Positions 50,327 to 64,000 of a stretch of DNA of 64,000 bases are shown piece by piece (the first letter of the stretch is position 1; each line of letters begins with the position of its first letter). The stretch lies in the NCBI GenBank assembly GCA_951406725.2, contig OX597817.1, positions 51,770,001 through 51,834,000 of the forward strand, written 5' to 3'. Made by a program: the position numbers and the translations under genes. The stretch comes from Octopus vulgaris. Taxonomy: Eukaryota. Below the pieces are notes generated by a model. It had not been told where the DNA came from. It did not search any database and worked only from the letters and a program-made list of their open reading frames with translations.

Positions 50327-51824
50327 TAGTGTGTGTGTGTGTGTGCGTGTGTGTGTTTGTACCTAGTATAACTGATTCTATTGCAAGAGAGTAAGAATTT
50401 GGCAGGCCCAGAACTACAACACCTAAAGATGGGAGAAGACAAATGTAGAAGAAGAAAAGACATTCCATGAATATTCTCCAGACTACTTAATTTCATTTTC
50501 AATTTTAATGAAATATCTCTCTTCGTAATATAGCTAATTTTTATAAGTTACAGTTTAAATTATGCTGAACATTTCTAAAAAGAATGAAATAGAGCTATAT
50601 CGTTAATTTCAAATTCAAATTTCTATCTCGCCTCGTGTTGTGAGGAGATTGCTGTCTCCCTTATACTAATGGCTGTAGTCTCACAGCACTAAAGGTATTT
50701 CAAATATTTTTCAGGAAAGAAAAAATCTACAGGGACTGTCAATATAGTTTAGAAAGACCATTATTACAAGGTCGAAAAATACTGTGTGTTCTTCTAAAAG
50801 ATATGTTAGACACTCCATAAAGCAAGAATTACATCAAATACAGTTTGAACCTTTTGATCAAATATAGAAACAGTAACTTTAATTTGAAATTTGAACTGGT
50901 TTTGAAAATATGTTGGATTCTTGAAGCAAGATTCGGACTTTGTAGTGAAATTCCAGAACGTTGTTTTTACAGAGTCTGTGAAAGATTCCCTCTCGAAAGA
51001 AATTCAACAACAAAATATGGAGGAATTCAGAACTTGGAGTGAGGGGCATTTTCACGTGGATGTCTTGGTAAGCAGTCGGTTTCTGACTTGGAATGTCTAA
51101 AAGTTTAAACTAAGAAAAGTATTTCCCAATGTTCAAAACTAATTTACTAAACAAAAAATACTGAAGTTATTTTTTCAGTAAAACAAAGTTGCTGTTCATA
51201 CTGCAGAAACAACAAATAATTCTTGGGAGCAACAAACTGAAGATTATCTGTTCAAGTCTCACAGATTAGCTATACAAGTCTGTGGGTGCCAACCTGTCGG
51301 GAGAAAATGTGTAAAGTTGGGTCAACTTTGGCAAGCTATCAAACACAAACAAAACAATATCCCTATTTCTTGGTGTCAACATCTGTCTGATGCTTATCAG
51401 ATAGTTTCACAGTAAACTATATATATATACACACAGATATTTATGCATATATATATATACAGATATTTATATATACATATATATATACATATATATATAT
51501 AAATATTTTTACATATACAGTATATGTGTATACATTTACATATATGTACAATATATATATGTATTATATGTGTTGGGCTTCTTTCAGTTTCCGTTTACCA
51601 ATTCCGCTTACAAAGCTTTGGTTCCCCCGAAGCTATAGTACAAGACATTTGCCGAAGGTGTCACGTGGTGTGCCTCAACCCGGAAGCATGCAGTTCAGAA
51701 GCAAGCTTTATACTATATATATATACCTATATATATATATAATGATGGGGCCACTATATATAAACAGAACATGCCTTATATGTAGAATATACATGTGTGC
51801 ATGTATGTACGCATACATGCATAA

Positions 51825-51908
51825 CTATATATATATATAGAGAGAGAGAGAGGGGGAGACAGACAGACACACATATAGATAGACAGACAGAGTGACAGAG
51901 AGAGTGTG

Positions 51909-51970
<62 letters not shown>

Positions 51971-51987
51971 ATAGGTAGGTAGGTAGG

Positions 51988-52058
<71 letters not shown>

Positions 52059-52106
52059 ATAGACAGACAGACAGACAGACAGAAAGACAGACAGACAGAC
52101 AGATAC

Positions 52107-52179
<73 letters not shown>

Positions 52180-52185
52180 CACACA
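51825..52185. repeat. (GATA)n/(GACA)n microsatellite
   Basis: Directly visible. Confidence 0.97.
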
Positions 52186-52500
52186 TAGTGCATAAAAGCT
52201 ACATTTTTTCACGTAATTTTGATAATTAATTTTTTTCCCATTGAGACAAGTGGCACTAGTAAAATGTCTTTAAGAAATTAGTATGTTCTTTTTTCTCTAT
52301 TCATTATGCATCTCGTAATTGGATTTAGTTAATTAACACTAATGATGTTGTTTGTTTGTTTATTTGTTTGGCAATTTGGTATATTGTTTGTTTTCTCTTT
52401 TGTTTTCGCTTTTGTGAAGAAAACGGTGTTGTGATGGGATTGGAAGCATTTTTATGCGTTTTGCTTTTCAGACAAAAGAAAAATAATGATAATGATGATG

Positions 52501-52554
<54 letters not shown>

Positions 52555-52921
52555 TTAATAATACTGTATTTTTGATGTCCTCCATTGTGTATTCTTATGT
52601 ATTTCACTTTTCATATTTTACTTGTTTCAGTGATTGGCTTACGGCCATGCTGGGGCACCACCTTGAAATGTCTAGTCGAAAAAATCGAATCCAGTTCTTA
52701 TTTTTTTCTGAAGTCTTGTTAATATTCTGAGCAATCTTTTCTTCCTTATTTAAGATGGCGGACTCTTTTTTTCTTGCAGTTTTCGAATTGTAACTGCTCA
52801 AGAAAACCTTAAAACGCTTCGGTTTCACCTGGTTGCAGAACGTCTTCAAAGGCATTCGGCTCTGCTCTTCCCCACCAAATCAAACGCACAAAAAAAAATT
52901 GTATATCATTATGAAGGCAAA

Positions 52922-53809
52922 TACGAGGTCTGATCAATGAGTATCCGGACTGTTACCATAGTAACGAAACTTAAGCACGCAAGTGAAGCCGCTTGGCAAA
53001 GATTGGCCTTGACCTCTGCTGTGCATGTGTTCTAAGTTTTAACATTCTAGCTTACTTCTGCTGTTTACAGCAATGCTTGGGAGGAAGGTGTGTAGCATGT
53101 GACCGTCGCATTGACCATGACAAAATCGTCATGGCGATACCTGCTCAGAGGCCTGCGCAAAGTTGCAGAAAGTGTATGGAGAGGAGTGTATGAACCGCAC
53201 ACAAGTGTACGAATGGTTCAGACGTTTCCAAGATGGCCGAAAAATGTCGATATTGATAAACCTTATGGGAGACACGCAACCAGCAGAACTGAGAAAAACA
53301 TTGCAGATGTGCGTCTGCTGTGAGGGGAAATTGTAGAATCCACCATTCGTGAGTTATCAGATGTGCAGATTAGTTACGGTACAGTTCAGTCCATTATCAC
53401 TGAAATCTGGGTATGAGACGGGTGTCTGCCAAGTTTGTGACAAAACTGCCTTCAGTTGACCAAAAGGACACTTGGGTTTCAGTTGCACAAGATTTCCTTC
53501 ATTGTGTCGGGAACGATGAAAAGTTTTTGAAAACTTCGCATAGGCCTCTGAGCAGGTATGGCCAAGCTTTTGGCAAAATTTGATGCAGATTCTCTGCTCA
53601 ACTTTCTGTGTCATGGTCAATGCGACGATCACACGCTACACACCTTCCTTCCAAGCACTGCTGTAAACAACGGAAGTGAGTAGAGCGTTAAAACTTAGTG
53701 CGCATGCAAAGCAGGGTTGAAGGCTAATCTGTGCTAATCGGCTTTACTTTCCGTATTTTAGCTTCGTTACTATAGTAACAGTCCGGATACTTATTAATCA
53801 GACCGTGTA
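52922..53809. mobile_element. Mariner-derived MITE built from two inverted transposase 5' ends
   Basis: TA-CGAGGTCTGATCAATGAGTATCCGGACTGTTAC / GTAACAGTCCGGATACTTATTAATCAGACCGTG-TA; remnant MTQKVEQRICIKFCQKLGHTCSEAYAK. Confidence 0.85.
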
Positions 53810-53843
53810 TATGAAATAGACATTCGAAAGGTATATATATAAA

Positions 53844-54190
53844 TAGGCGCTGGCATAGCTTTGTGGTTAACAAACACACTTTGCAACCACGTGGGTTCGG
53901 GTTCCGTTCCACGGTACGACACTCATCTTCTACTATAGCTCTGGGCCGAGCAATGCCTTCTGAGTGAATAATTTTGTAGACGGAAACTGAAAGAAACCCA
54001 TCGTATATATATATGTGTGTGTATTTTTGTGCTTGTATCTGTTTGCTTATATTCCTGCATCCAAGCAGTTCGGTAAAAATGAGACCGATAGAAGTACCAG
54101 ACAAGTCAATCTGTTTAACTAAGACCCTTCGAAGCCGTACCCTAGCATGGCTGCAGTCCAATGATTGAAACAAGTAAAGAATAAAAGATA
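53844..54190 (+). mobile_element. SINE family B, diverged
   Basis: gtagacggaaactgaaagaaaccc ... agcatggctgcagtccaatgattgaaacaagtaaag. Confidence 0.75.
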
Positions 54191-54324
54191 AAATTTTAAA
54201 AAAAGGTAATCAATTCTAATTTCAAGACGGCAGAAGAATCTACCAATGGCTGACAATCCTTAATAGTTTCAGTTCATTTGAAAAATACGAAGGGACGATA
54301 TGTTAAGAGCATTCCCAAGAGAAA

Positions 54325-54907
54325 TACAGGGTGTCCATAAAGTCTCTTTACAATTTAAAAATATTATTACAAAGGCAGTTGATGAGATATTTTAACCAGA
54401 TTTATTTTATTTTAATAATTGTTTATTAAAGTTTTTATTGATATTAAATTTTTGTGTTTCAGATACTCTGTTGATGGAATAGAACTGATACAGAGAATCA
54501 GTTCCTCAATCAAACATTTCCAGACTGATGGATTGGAAGGGATGGGCCAATTCCATGGCCACTGCGTTTGCCAGATATCACTCCCTTGGACTTCTGTTTA
54601 TGGTGTTATGTAAAAGATATCATGTATCAAACAACGATACAGGACATTACTAACTTGAAGCAAAGGATTCGTAATGCCATTGCCACCATTGATGAGGCTA
54701 TCCTACAGCGAACATAGCAAGAAATCGAGTACCGTCTTGATGTGCTTCGCACAACTAATGGTGCATGTATTGAGGTCTATTAAATAACAGTTAAAAAAAA
54801 CTTTCATAAACAACTATTACAATAAAACATATCTGCTTAAAATATCTTGTCAACTGCCTTTGTAATAAAATTTTAAAATTGTAAAGAGACGTTATGGACA
54901 CCCTGTA
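54325..54907 (+). mobile_element. Internally deleted Tc1/mariner-superfamily element
   Basis: TA-CAGGGTGTCCATAAAGTCTCTTTACAATTT TIRs. Transposase C-terminal remnant WIGRDGPIPWPLRLPDITPLDFCLWCYVKD...EYRLDVLRTTNGACIE. Confidence 0.85.
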
Positions 54908-56244
54908 TACACTCAACATCGAATCGAAACCGGAACGCTGATTAATTTTAATGCGTTAAATAACAAATATATAACGTGTTTGTAGGATTTAAAGTTAGCT
55001 GACAATAGTTGTGACGTTTATGCGTTTTAAAGATGGTCATTAATTTTGTAAGTTAAATGAAAGAGAATTAAACTTAGTTTATAAGGTCTGTTTGCTGGTA
55101 GCTTATCTTCAATTACGACAATCCTAGCCGTGCCATACACGCACATAAATAACAAATGTATAACGCATCAGCGAATCTATTCGTTTATTTTCTATCAGAT
55201 AGGGTAAGTGTTGTAGTCAGCCTCTCAATATTTATGGGCATCCGAAACTTTCCTCTCTCTATCTCTCTGTCTCTTCTGTTTGTTTTCGTTTTCTTTAAAT
55301 GTTAAAATAACAATAGTGACAACGACAATGATATTTTGTAACAACAATAACAAACGCAGCGATATTGAGTAAGAAACAATTGCCAATACAACAAGAATAA
55401 CAAACAACATGACAACAATGGCGACGACAACGACATCGATGAGACCAGCAAAAACAAACGAAAAACAAACGATAGCTGTTTGAATAAAATATAGACAAAG
55501 AAAACGAGAAATATTAAAACCAAAGCAAGCTAGGAATCAATGTATTGCAAAGACTGCAGTTCTAAAACAATATGCGTTTTAATACAAAAGATAAATTGTA
55601 AAGAAAATAACATAAAAATGGTAAAAGAAGCCTTGAAACATGGCTGTAACCTTTTCTTAATGGCCAAGCAATCATTACGATTTGACGATAAATCATTCTC
55701 GAATTTAGCCTCCCCCTTACTCGTCACCACCACCACCACCATCAATTTGTACGTCTTTGTTATATTTTAGTGTAGTTGTTATAATCATATCTTTAATGTT
55801 TTGTTCAATTTTAATATTTTATTGTCATCAATATTTTATTTCTATAGTTAAATTTTCAAAAACAAATACCAACAGAAACAACGTTATTTTTTAAAAAAAT
55901 ATTTTCTCGGTTGTTTAATTTAATAGAAAGTTAATTGTCCATTTTTCGTACTTTTCCGCGTTTTGTTGGTTTTGTTTTCTTTCTCTCTTTTTTTGTGCTG
56001 CTGTTTTAATTGTACGTTATTTTTAATTGCAATTTAGTCCTGTTGTATATACGAGTGTGCAGTTCTGTGTGTGTATACGTGTTTTTTCTGAATGATCATG
56101 TGTATATACTCATATAATCCTGTACATTTTGTCCCTGAGTATGTGTGAGTGTAATATAAATATATATATATGTACGCATGTGTATATAATATATACATAT
56201 ATATATACATATATATATGTACATATGTATGTCTATATACTTGT

Positions 56245-56295
<51 letters not shown>

Positions 56296-56887
56296 TTTAT
56301 ATGTGTGTGTGTTTTTATTTATGTACTCATTTGTTACAATCGTATACACACTACTGAGAATGTGTATATATGCGTTTACTATGTTCCCATGTGTATATAT
56401 GTGCGGTTTTTCCATTTCCTTCCTCCATTCCTATACATGTTCCCATGTATATGTTATTGCGAATGAATGTGACTGTGCCACTTTACATGTATTCGTATTT
56501 AATCTCATTACTATCAGAAATAAATTTCTATTTTATAAACCTAACGCCATCTCTGCCACTATTGCATCTAATATCATTATTTCACACCTTCGCTACCACT
56601 AATACAATAAATATCAATTCTAGACCACAAATGTATCGTTCATCTCATAAACGTATATCACACAAAATAAAACCCAAATGTGGTGACTTTATCGATACTG
56701 TACACGCGTTTCTATGTCCTAAGTATAATTTGAAATCCCTTTGCTCGGGAATTCTAGGGTTTTGAGGGGTGTGGGATCACATCTTAGCCACTATTGTTTC
56801 CAGGTTTTCTCGGATTCAGAGTAATAGCACCTGTCAGGCTCCAGAGAGGACCCTTTTGGTCATGAATGTCTATGGGATTGAACCTAG

Positions 56888-57343
56888 AAAGTTTCCCTCT
56901 GAGGCACAAGTCCGGGCAAATTTGTTTACGAAAGACCAGGAGTCACCCATGTCTACCAGCCTCTCCTCTCTACGCCACCGATGTTATCCAAGGGAAAGGC
57001 AAAGTTTCCCTCTGAGGTACGAGTCCGGGCAAATTTGTTTATGAAAGACCAGGAGTCACCCATGTCTACCAGCCTCTCCTCTCTACGCCACCGATGTTAT
57101 CCAAGAGAAAGGCAAAGTTTCCCTCTGAGGTACGAGTCCGGGCAAATTTGTTTATGAAAGACCAGGAGTCACCCATGCATACCAGCCTCCCCTCTCTACG
57201 CCACCGATGTTATCCAGGGGAAAGGCAAAGTTTCCCTCTGAGGTACGAGTCCGGGCAAATTTGTTTATGAAAGACCAGGAGTCACCCATGCATACCAGCC
57301 TCCCCTCTCTACGCCACCGATGTTATCCAAGGGAAAGGCAAAG
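56888..57343. repeat. 113-bp tandem repeat, 4 units, within a minus-strand SINE-like element (about 56850-57520)
   Basis: AAAGTTTCCCTCTGAGG starts at 56888, 57001, 57114 and 57227. Confidence 0.93.
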
Positions 57344-57749
57344 GCCTGTACAGCTTGGCACGAGTGACGTCACAACTCATTTCTACAGCTGACTGAACTG
57401 GAACAACGTGAAATAAGGTTCCTTGCTCAAGAGCACAATACAGAGCCCGGTCCAGGGATTTAACTCACTACCTCATGATTGTGAAGCTGACGCTGTAACC
57501 GCAGAGCAATGCGCCTTCACTGTCAGGGTCCAGCTATGGGCCAATTAGTATGTCACAGAATTGTTTCTGGAAGCTTATTCTCAGGCGCCCCGACGGATCC
57601 AGGTCAGATGAGACACTTCAGCTCTTTAGCTACTTGTATAAGAGAAGATAACTCCATACAAATCCTGTTATTGGCTCATGACACTTGTTACACCGGACTA
57701 GTACAAGTTTGAAGGACGCGACAAGCTCTGCACACATTTTCCCCACTAT

Positions 57750-57832
57750 GAGAAGAAGAAGAAGAAGAAGAAGAAGAAGAAGAAGAAGAAGAAGAAGAAG
57801 AAGAAGAAGAAGAAGAAGAAGAAGAAGAAGAA
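57750..57832. repeat. (GAA)n microsatellite
   Basis: Directly visible. Confidence 0.97.
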
Positions 57833-57905
57833 GGGGATGTCAAAAACATCTAGATAATATCCCTGGAGAACCATGTCTCAGAGAAATCCAAAAGACTGTC
57901 CTTCT
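57833..57905 (+). mobile_element. Short R4/Dong-like LINE 3' ORF remnant beside (GAA)n
   Basis: GCQKHLDNIPGEPCLREIQKTVL resembles the C-terminus of restriction-like-endonuclease LINEs; very short. Confidence 0.4.
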
Positions 57906-58443
57906 CGAGTGGAGAGGTAATATGTGTATTAAGATCAAGGCACTTGCTTCTGGAAACAGCCCAGTTACAGCAGAGGTGGTTAACTTATTGTCTCTGCAAT
58001 ACCGTCGACCAACGAGGTAAAAGTGAATCATATATGCATGTGTATTTGCCACCGTGCGTGTGCATATATGTATACATGTATCAGTATGTCGATTTATGTC
58101 CGTATATGTATAATGAATTGGTTTAATTGAAACGGAATATGTATCACCTAACAACAAACGCGGGATCAAATTTCTTACAAACACACTAGAACAAAAACAT
58201 TTCTCATTAGCACAAAAAAATCGGTGCTGTCACAACAATGGAACTGGACACCACCCGTCTCCACGAGAGGATCCGAATGTATAGAGTTCCAATATCATGT
58301 ATTTTAACTTCGATTCAAACGCCCTCGTACTAGCACTCTAAGCCAGAAAATAACTGCCGTGAATAATATTCAGCAGTGAATCAACTGGCTAGAGAACACA
58401 GATATTTGAAATTAAATAATATAAGTAGAAATTAATATTATTG

Positions 58444-58745
58444 TGGAGGCCCATGGCCTAGTGGTTAGAGCAGCGGACTCGCGGTCGAGGGATCGTGGGT
58501 TGGAATCTCAGACCGGGTGTTGTGTGTGTTTTTGAGCGAAACACCTAAGCTCCACGCGGTTCCAGCAGAAGGTAGTAGCGAACTTCTGCTGACTCTTTCA
58601 CCACACCATTTTCTCGCTCTTTCCTCTTGCATCTTGCAGTTCACCTGCAACGGACCGGCGTCCCGTTTAGGTGGGGAACCTATACACAAAGGAAACCGGG
58701 AAACTGGCATTTATGAGCCAGGCATGGCTTGAGAAGGAACAAACA
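58444..58745 (+). mobile_element. SINE family C head with alternative tail
   Basis: ggaggcccatggcctagtggttagagcagcggactcgcgg tRNA-like head. Confidence 0.8.
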
Positions 58746-59430
58746 ATATTATTAAATAACAAATTCAACCAGTGGTCAGCATACTTAAAAATGTCCGAGG
58801 ACCGTGAATTCTATTTAAATATAAACAATATGAGAGATCACTATGTGGATTCCTTGTATGCTAAAAATAGAAGTCAAACCGTCTTACCACTAAATCTGCT
58901 TTGAGAAATTTGTCACAGACTAGAGAAAGAAAATGTTTACATTATCAAAATATGCTACTGGTTTCAATTGCAATAAAAGATGATTCAGTTGTGATGAAAT
59001 TGAAAGGAAAATGAATAAAATTAAATTAATCTTTCATTGTATCAGTGATGGTAACGCGCATGCTCGCAACGATTCCTGTTACTAATGGCGCTTCCTTATT
59101 GAAAAATAACAACTACCAACGCTTCAACTACTACTACTACTATTACTACTACTATGACCCAGTAGCCATTAGGAAGAAACACAACAGCATATGACGTTTG
59201 TATGGAAAACGTGAACTTCCTGAGCTGATATCGTGAAAGATTAATTTTATTCAATTTAGTTTCCTTTTTATTTCAGAATCTCTAAATCATTTTTTAAAGC
59301 GATAGAAACCGGTAGAAAACTTTGATAAAAAAGAAATGGAGTTGCTTTCTTTCTTTTATCCATGATAAACTTCTTAAAGCAGTTTCTTTTTGCTTTGTAA
59401 TATGAATTTATTCTTGTTCAACCTCTTCAG

Positions 59431-60020
<590 letters not shown>

Positions 60021-61438
60021 GTGTGTTTGTGTTGTGCTATGATACTATATTTAAAAAACGGAATAGTTTTGTCAAAATTATTTTTTTCCTATGTACTTTC
60101 ACACTTTAGCTTGTAAACATTAAATAAAATTCTTTGGAATTTAATCTATAAATTGAAGAAACCACTTCCAAATTTTTCTTTCACATAGTTTAATTCGAAA
60201 GTGTTATCGAACTTGCTGTAGACTAAAAAAAAAAATCTCCAAACAAGGAATGTTTACATATTAGATGCTTCTCAACCTGATACATTATGTTTATCAAACA
60301 CTGCTTAATTATTCCGTGTAAAATAGAAAATACTCTGAAGCCGATATCTCTGTACATTTCCTTAATTAAATTATGAAATAATGAATTATTTTAAGTTGTT
60401 TAAAAACATTTATTGATCATTTCTTGCCGAGACGAAAAGGTGTCCGTCTAGCGAAGATGACTAGCGTTTTATAGACTTCGCAGCGTTGTTTTCCCATTGG
60501 CGTATCTTGTCATCACTGTAGCTTTGTATCTTTTTTACCTTTTTGTGTTTTTGATAATAATTAGTCGGAGTGGTGAAGTGATGCTGTCACTCCCAAACTG
60601 TTGAGATCGACGTGTTTGATATTCAACTTAAACTAAAGGTCAACGCCTGCTTTCTAAAACGATGGGGTCGCCGTTTAATCAATAGAGCCCGACCTGCCTG
60701 TACATAGCATTTACACTGACAGACGCGACAATTCGAAATAAGTTTTCCGGAATCTGGAACAATCTGAAGACAGTGACAAGTGTGAATAAATTTAAATCTT
60801 AACACAACGTACGTAGAATACTTTGGGGATATGGTTGGCATATCTAGTTAGTTTTCTTCTGAATTGAATGCTTCAAATATTTGCATGGGACTAACAGCTG
60901 CAAAGAAATTACGTAAGCCGGTTTGGATGTAGGTGTGAGGGCGGTTGGAGCACATCAGTCTTTTATTTGAGTTTGATTAAACAAATTACTGGAACGTCTG
61001 TTAACTAATTAAATATTCAGTGTAGTTTGTATATGGCTTTTGAAGAAATAGAGTAGCATAATGAATTGTTTGATAGATTTACTAAACTAGAAGATAGCTT
61101 TTATCCCGTCACGTTTCATACACTGGACAACTTCAAATATATTCTCATTAAATGTGCAATGAACTGACAGAAGCTTCAACACTTCAGACCAAATTCAAGA
61201 CGGCATTTATTCTGATTCCTTGCGTTCTAAGCTCAGATTCTGTACAGGTCTTTGTCTTTCATATTTTTGGAATAGATAAAATATAGTGCGAGTCCAATCC
61301 TGTATTCGATGTAATCCGTTTATCCTTTACCGCTAAAAGTGCTGGCTTTGTAGGTTTTATAGGCGCAGGTGTGACTGAACAGTCAACCTCATTTGGCGAT
61401 CTCACTTTTTAGCGCAAACGCCAAACCCACACACACAA

Positions 61439-61491
<53 letters not shown>

Positions 61492-62994
61492 TACATGCAT
61501 ATATACGACCATAAACACGCGAGCGGAGAAATATACACAAACTGTTGTGTTGGAAGAAGCTTGCTTCCTGCGCATGCGCTAGTCATTGTTTTTGATTTTT
61601 TGCACTGCTAGTAGTCACGACACCAACGTTGTGAATTATTGAATAAATGAAGCACAACTACATTTGTTTCGTTGCGATTCAGTGGGGGTTTGTTGCTTGT
61701 GTTTATTTAAAAGATACAAATCTGATTGGGTTGGGTCAAAGGCTTTTTTGATTCTGTGAACCCAATCAGCCAAGAATCTGGTTTTTCCAGACTTTTTGAA
61801 AATGGCCGGTTGCAGGTAGCCGGTGATACTTGAGGAACCCCCACCCTTAGTGTCACCTGTGCTGACCGAGAACCCTAAAGCTGCGGGTGGGAGGGATGAT
61901 CCTCCGGCTAAATCAAAGTAACCACCCCCTCCCGTATCAAAGAATAGAAAAAAAGAAGAAAAAGAATAGGACAGTGGCAGCGGTTAGTGGTACACTGCCG
62001 GCATGTCCTGAAACCTCGTCGGTGGGAATTGTGCCACCGACGGAGGAAACCGTGGCTTCCTCCCAATATAGTAAATGAGGAATTTGTGATCTTCTTTCTT
62101 AAGGGAGGGGCCGTAGAGAACTTTGTGAGGAATCTGGAAGGTCGGGAAGAGGATGTTCTGACCTGCATTGAAAGCCCGGATTGGCCTCCGCAGGTGGATG
62201 CAGAGGTCATGGAGGAAAATTATTTCTACAGGGTGATGGATTCCTTTAGCAAGGATGAATACAATCATCTCTTATGGGACCCCGGCTTGCGACTGCAGGC
62301 AAACCTGTGGTGGAGCACAAACCCAAGCACAAAGACACACACACAATGACATACACACACACGACGGGCCTCTATCAGCTTCCGTGCACGATATCCACTC
62401 ACAAGGCTTTGGTCAGGTCGAGGCTATAGTAGAAGACAATTGCCCAAGGTGCCAAGCAGTGGGACTGAACCCAGAACCATGAGAATGGGAAGCAAGCTTC
62501 TTTATTTCATTACATTTGCCATAAAGGCATAATGCAGATGGAAGCTTGCGGGCTAGATACAGACACAATGATGATGATGAAATAAAAAAAGAGATGGTTG
62601 ATGGCGGAAGCAGACACTGCCCACCGATTGTTACTTCCCGATAACATTGTTCTTTTTTAAAACACAAATGAGGTGTTGAACCTCTTACAAACATTACAAA
62701 TTGAGGCGCTGAGCCTCTTACCAAAATCACCAAGTTCGAATTGAGGCACTAAGACCTCTTACTCTACCTCCCAGACTAAGTCACTTTCCCCAATTATTTC
62801 TACGGTGTGATAGATTTCTTACCAACGATGAATACAATTATCTCTTATGGGACCCCGGCTTGCGACTGCAGGCAAGCCATCCATCTTTCAAGGGGCGATA
62901 AAATAAGTACCAGTTGTGACTACAGGAGGGTCGATGTAATCCACGTAACCCTGAACATGCTTGGCTTATGACACAATTTGAAACAAATATTTAT

Positions 62995-63392
62995 AGGCGT
63001 AGGAGTGGTTGTGTGGTAAGAAGCTTCCTTTCCAACCACAGGGTTCCTGATTCAGTCCCACTGCGTGGCACCTTGGGCAAGTGTCTTCTACTATAGCCTT
63101 GGGCCGACCAAAGCCTTGAGAATGGATTTGGTAGACGAAAACTGAACGAAGCCCATCGTGTATATAAATATATATATATATGCATGTATGTATATGTTTG
63201 TGTGTCTGTGTTCCCCACCACCATCGCTTGACAACCGATGTTGGTGTGTTTACGTTCCCGTAAGTTAGCAGTTCGGCAAGAGAGACCGATCGAATAAGTA
63301 CTAGGCTTACAAAAGAATAAGGGCTTGGGTCGATTCGTTCGACTAAAGGCGGTGCTGTATCATGGCCGCAGTCAAATGACTGAAACAAAAAA
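62995..63392 (+). mobile_element. SINE family B
   Basis: Near full-length match to 12647-13040. Confidence 0.88.
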
Positions 63393-63711
63393 AATGAACG
63401 AATAAATATATATATATACATACATATATATATATATATGTATACACACATATATACATGGCTATATATGCGTGTGTATGTATACATACATATGTGTATT
63501 TGTGCTTGTATTTCCCACCACCACCATCACCTAATACTTGAAAGCCGGTGTTGCTTTGTTTGCGTCCCCGTAACTTAGTGGTTTGGCAAAACAAGTATGA
63601 TAAAATATAAGATATTATTTCTATTTTCAATAATCAGTGAATGTATTTCACTTGAAATATATCCGTTTTCAAAGGCAGATAGGTATCGGCAGCTAGCAAG
63701 CTATGCTACTC

Positions 63712-63750
63712 CGGACTGATGATGAGCAACGACTCTGAAACTAGTCTCTG
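63712..63750 (+). ncRNA. Minimal hammerhead-like motif
   Basis: cgga-CTGATGA-t-GAG caacga CTC-t-GAAA-CTAG-TC-tctg: canonical core, palindromic stem III, GUC triplet, weak stem II. Confidence 0.5.
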
Positions 63751-63939
63751 AATGTTGGCTTTGCTGGGTGGAGGTGCTTATCTCGCCCTTTGAAAACATA
63801 AGGACACAGGAAATGTGTCAAGTCCAACAGGAAGCGTGTTTCCTAGGGCTAAATAACAGTAGCGTTCTTCCCTTTATGGGAGTGTCACATTAAGTTGACA
63901 ACATGCTATCACTTTGCGGTCGATCTGTTCAGATAAACC

Positions 63940-64000
63940 CTATTTCTTTAGTACCCACAAGGGGCTAAACACAGAGAGGACGAACAAAGACAGACAAACG
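63940..64000 (-). mobile_element. SINE family A tail, running off the window
   Basis: tatttctttagtacccacaaggggctaaacacagagagg. Confidence 0.75.

Noticed and set aside
50550-51400. Decayed coding-like sequence
   Set aside because: No protein family could be recognised in any frame.
60420-60960. Possible piggyBac transposase remnant on the minus strand (SPMQIFEAF, CRVC)
   Set aside because: Motifs are too short and scattered, and no TIRs or TTAA ends were established.

Overview
Repeat-dominated, AT-rich animal genomic DNA with no convincing host protein-coding gene. The SINE and microsatellite content resembles an Octopus (cephalopod) genome; this is an inference from recalled repeat families, not a search result. 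The only long real ORF (27898-30051, minus) is the RT + GIY-YIG protein of a young Neptune-type Penelope-like retroelement. That element carries an inverted ~795-bp copy of its 3' region, a minimal U3-A8 hammerhead ribozyme in its 3' UTR, and a correctly phased U_UUU_UUA slippery site upstream of its conserved but ATG-less N-terminus. The main hidden signal is a set of about eight further hammerhead-like motifs in several unrelated short non-coding elements: a 353-nt structured tandem unit resembling a retrozyme, a ~240-bp fold-back with a hammerhead-like motif on each strand, a 3-copy (TA)n-associated family, and two singletons. Also present are a 7SL/SRP RNA copy split by a SINE, an intron-containing tRNA-Leu(CAA) pseudogene, a histone H4 pseudogene, Tc1/mariner and pogo-like MITEs, non-autonomous Helitrons, CR1/RTE/R4-like LINE fragments, three abundant tRNA-derived SINE families, and many micro- and minisatellites. 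Nearly all other ORFs in the supplied track are microsatellite or SINE artefacts. Coordinates were read by eye and repeat ends are approximate.
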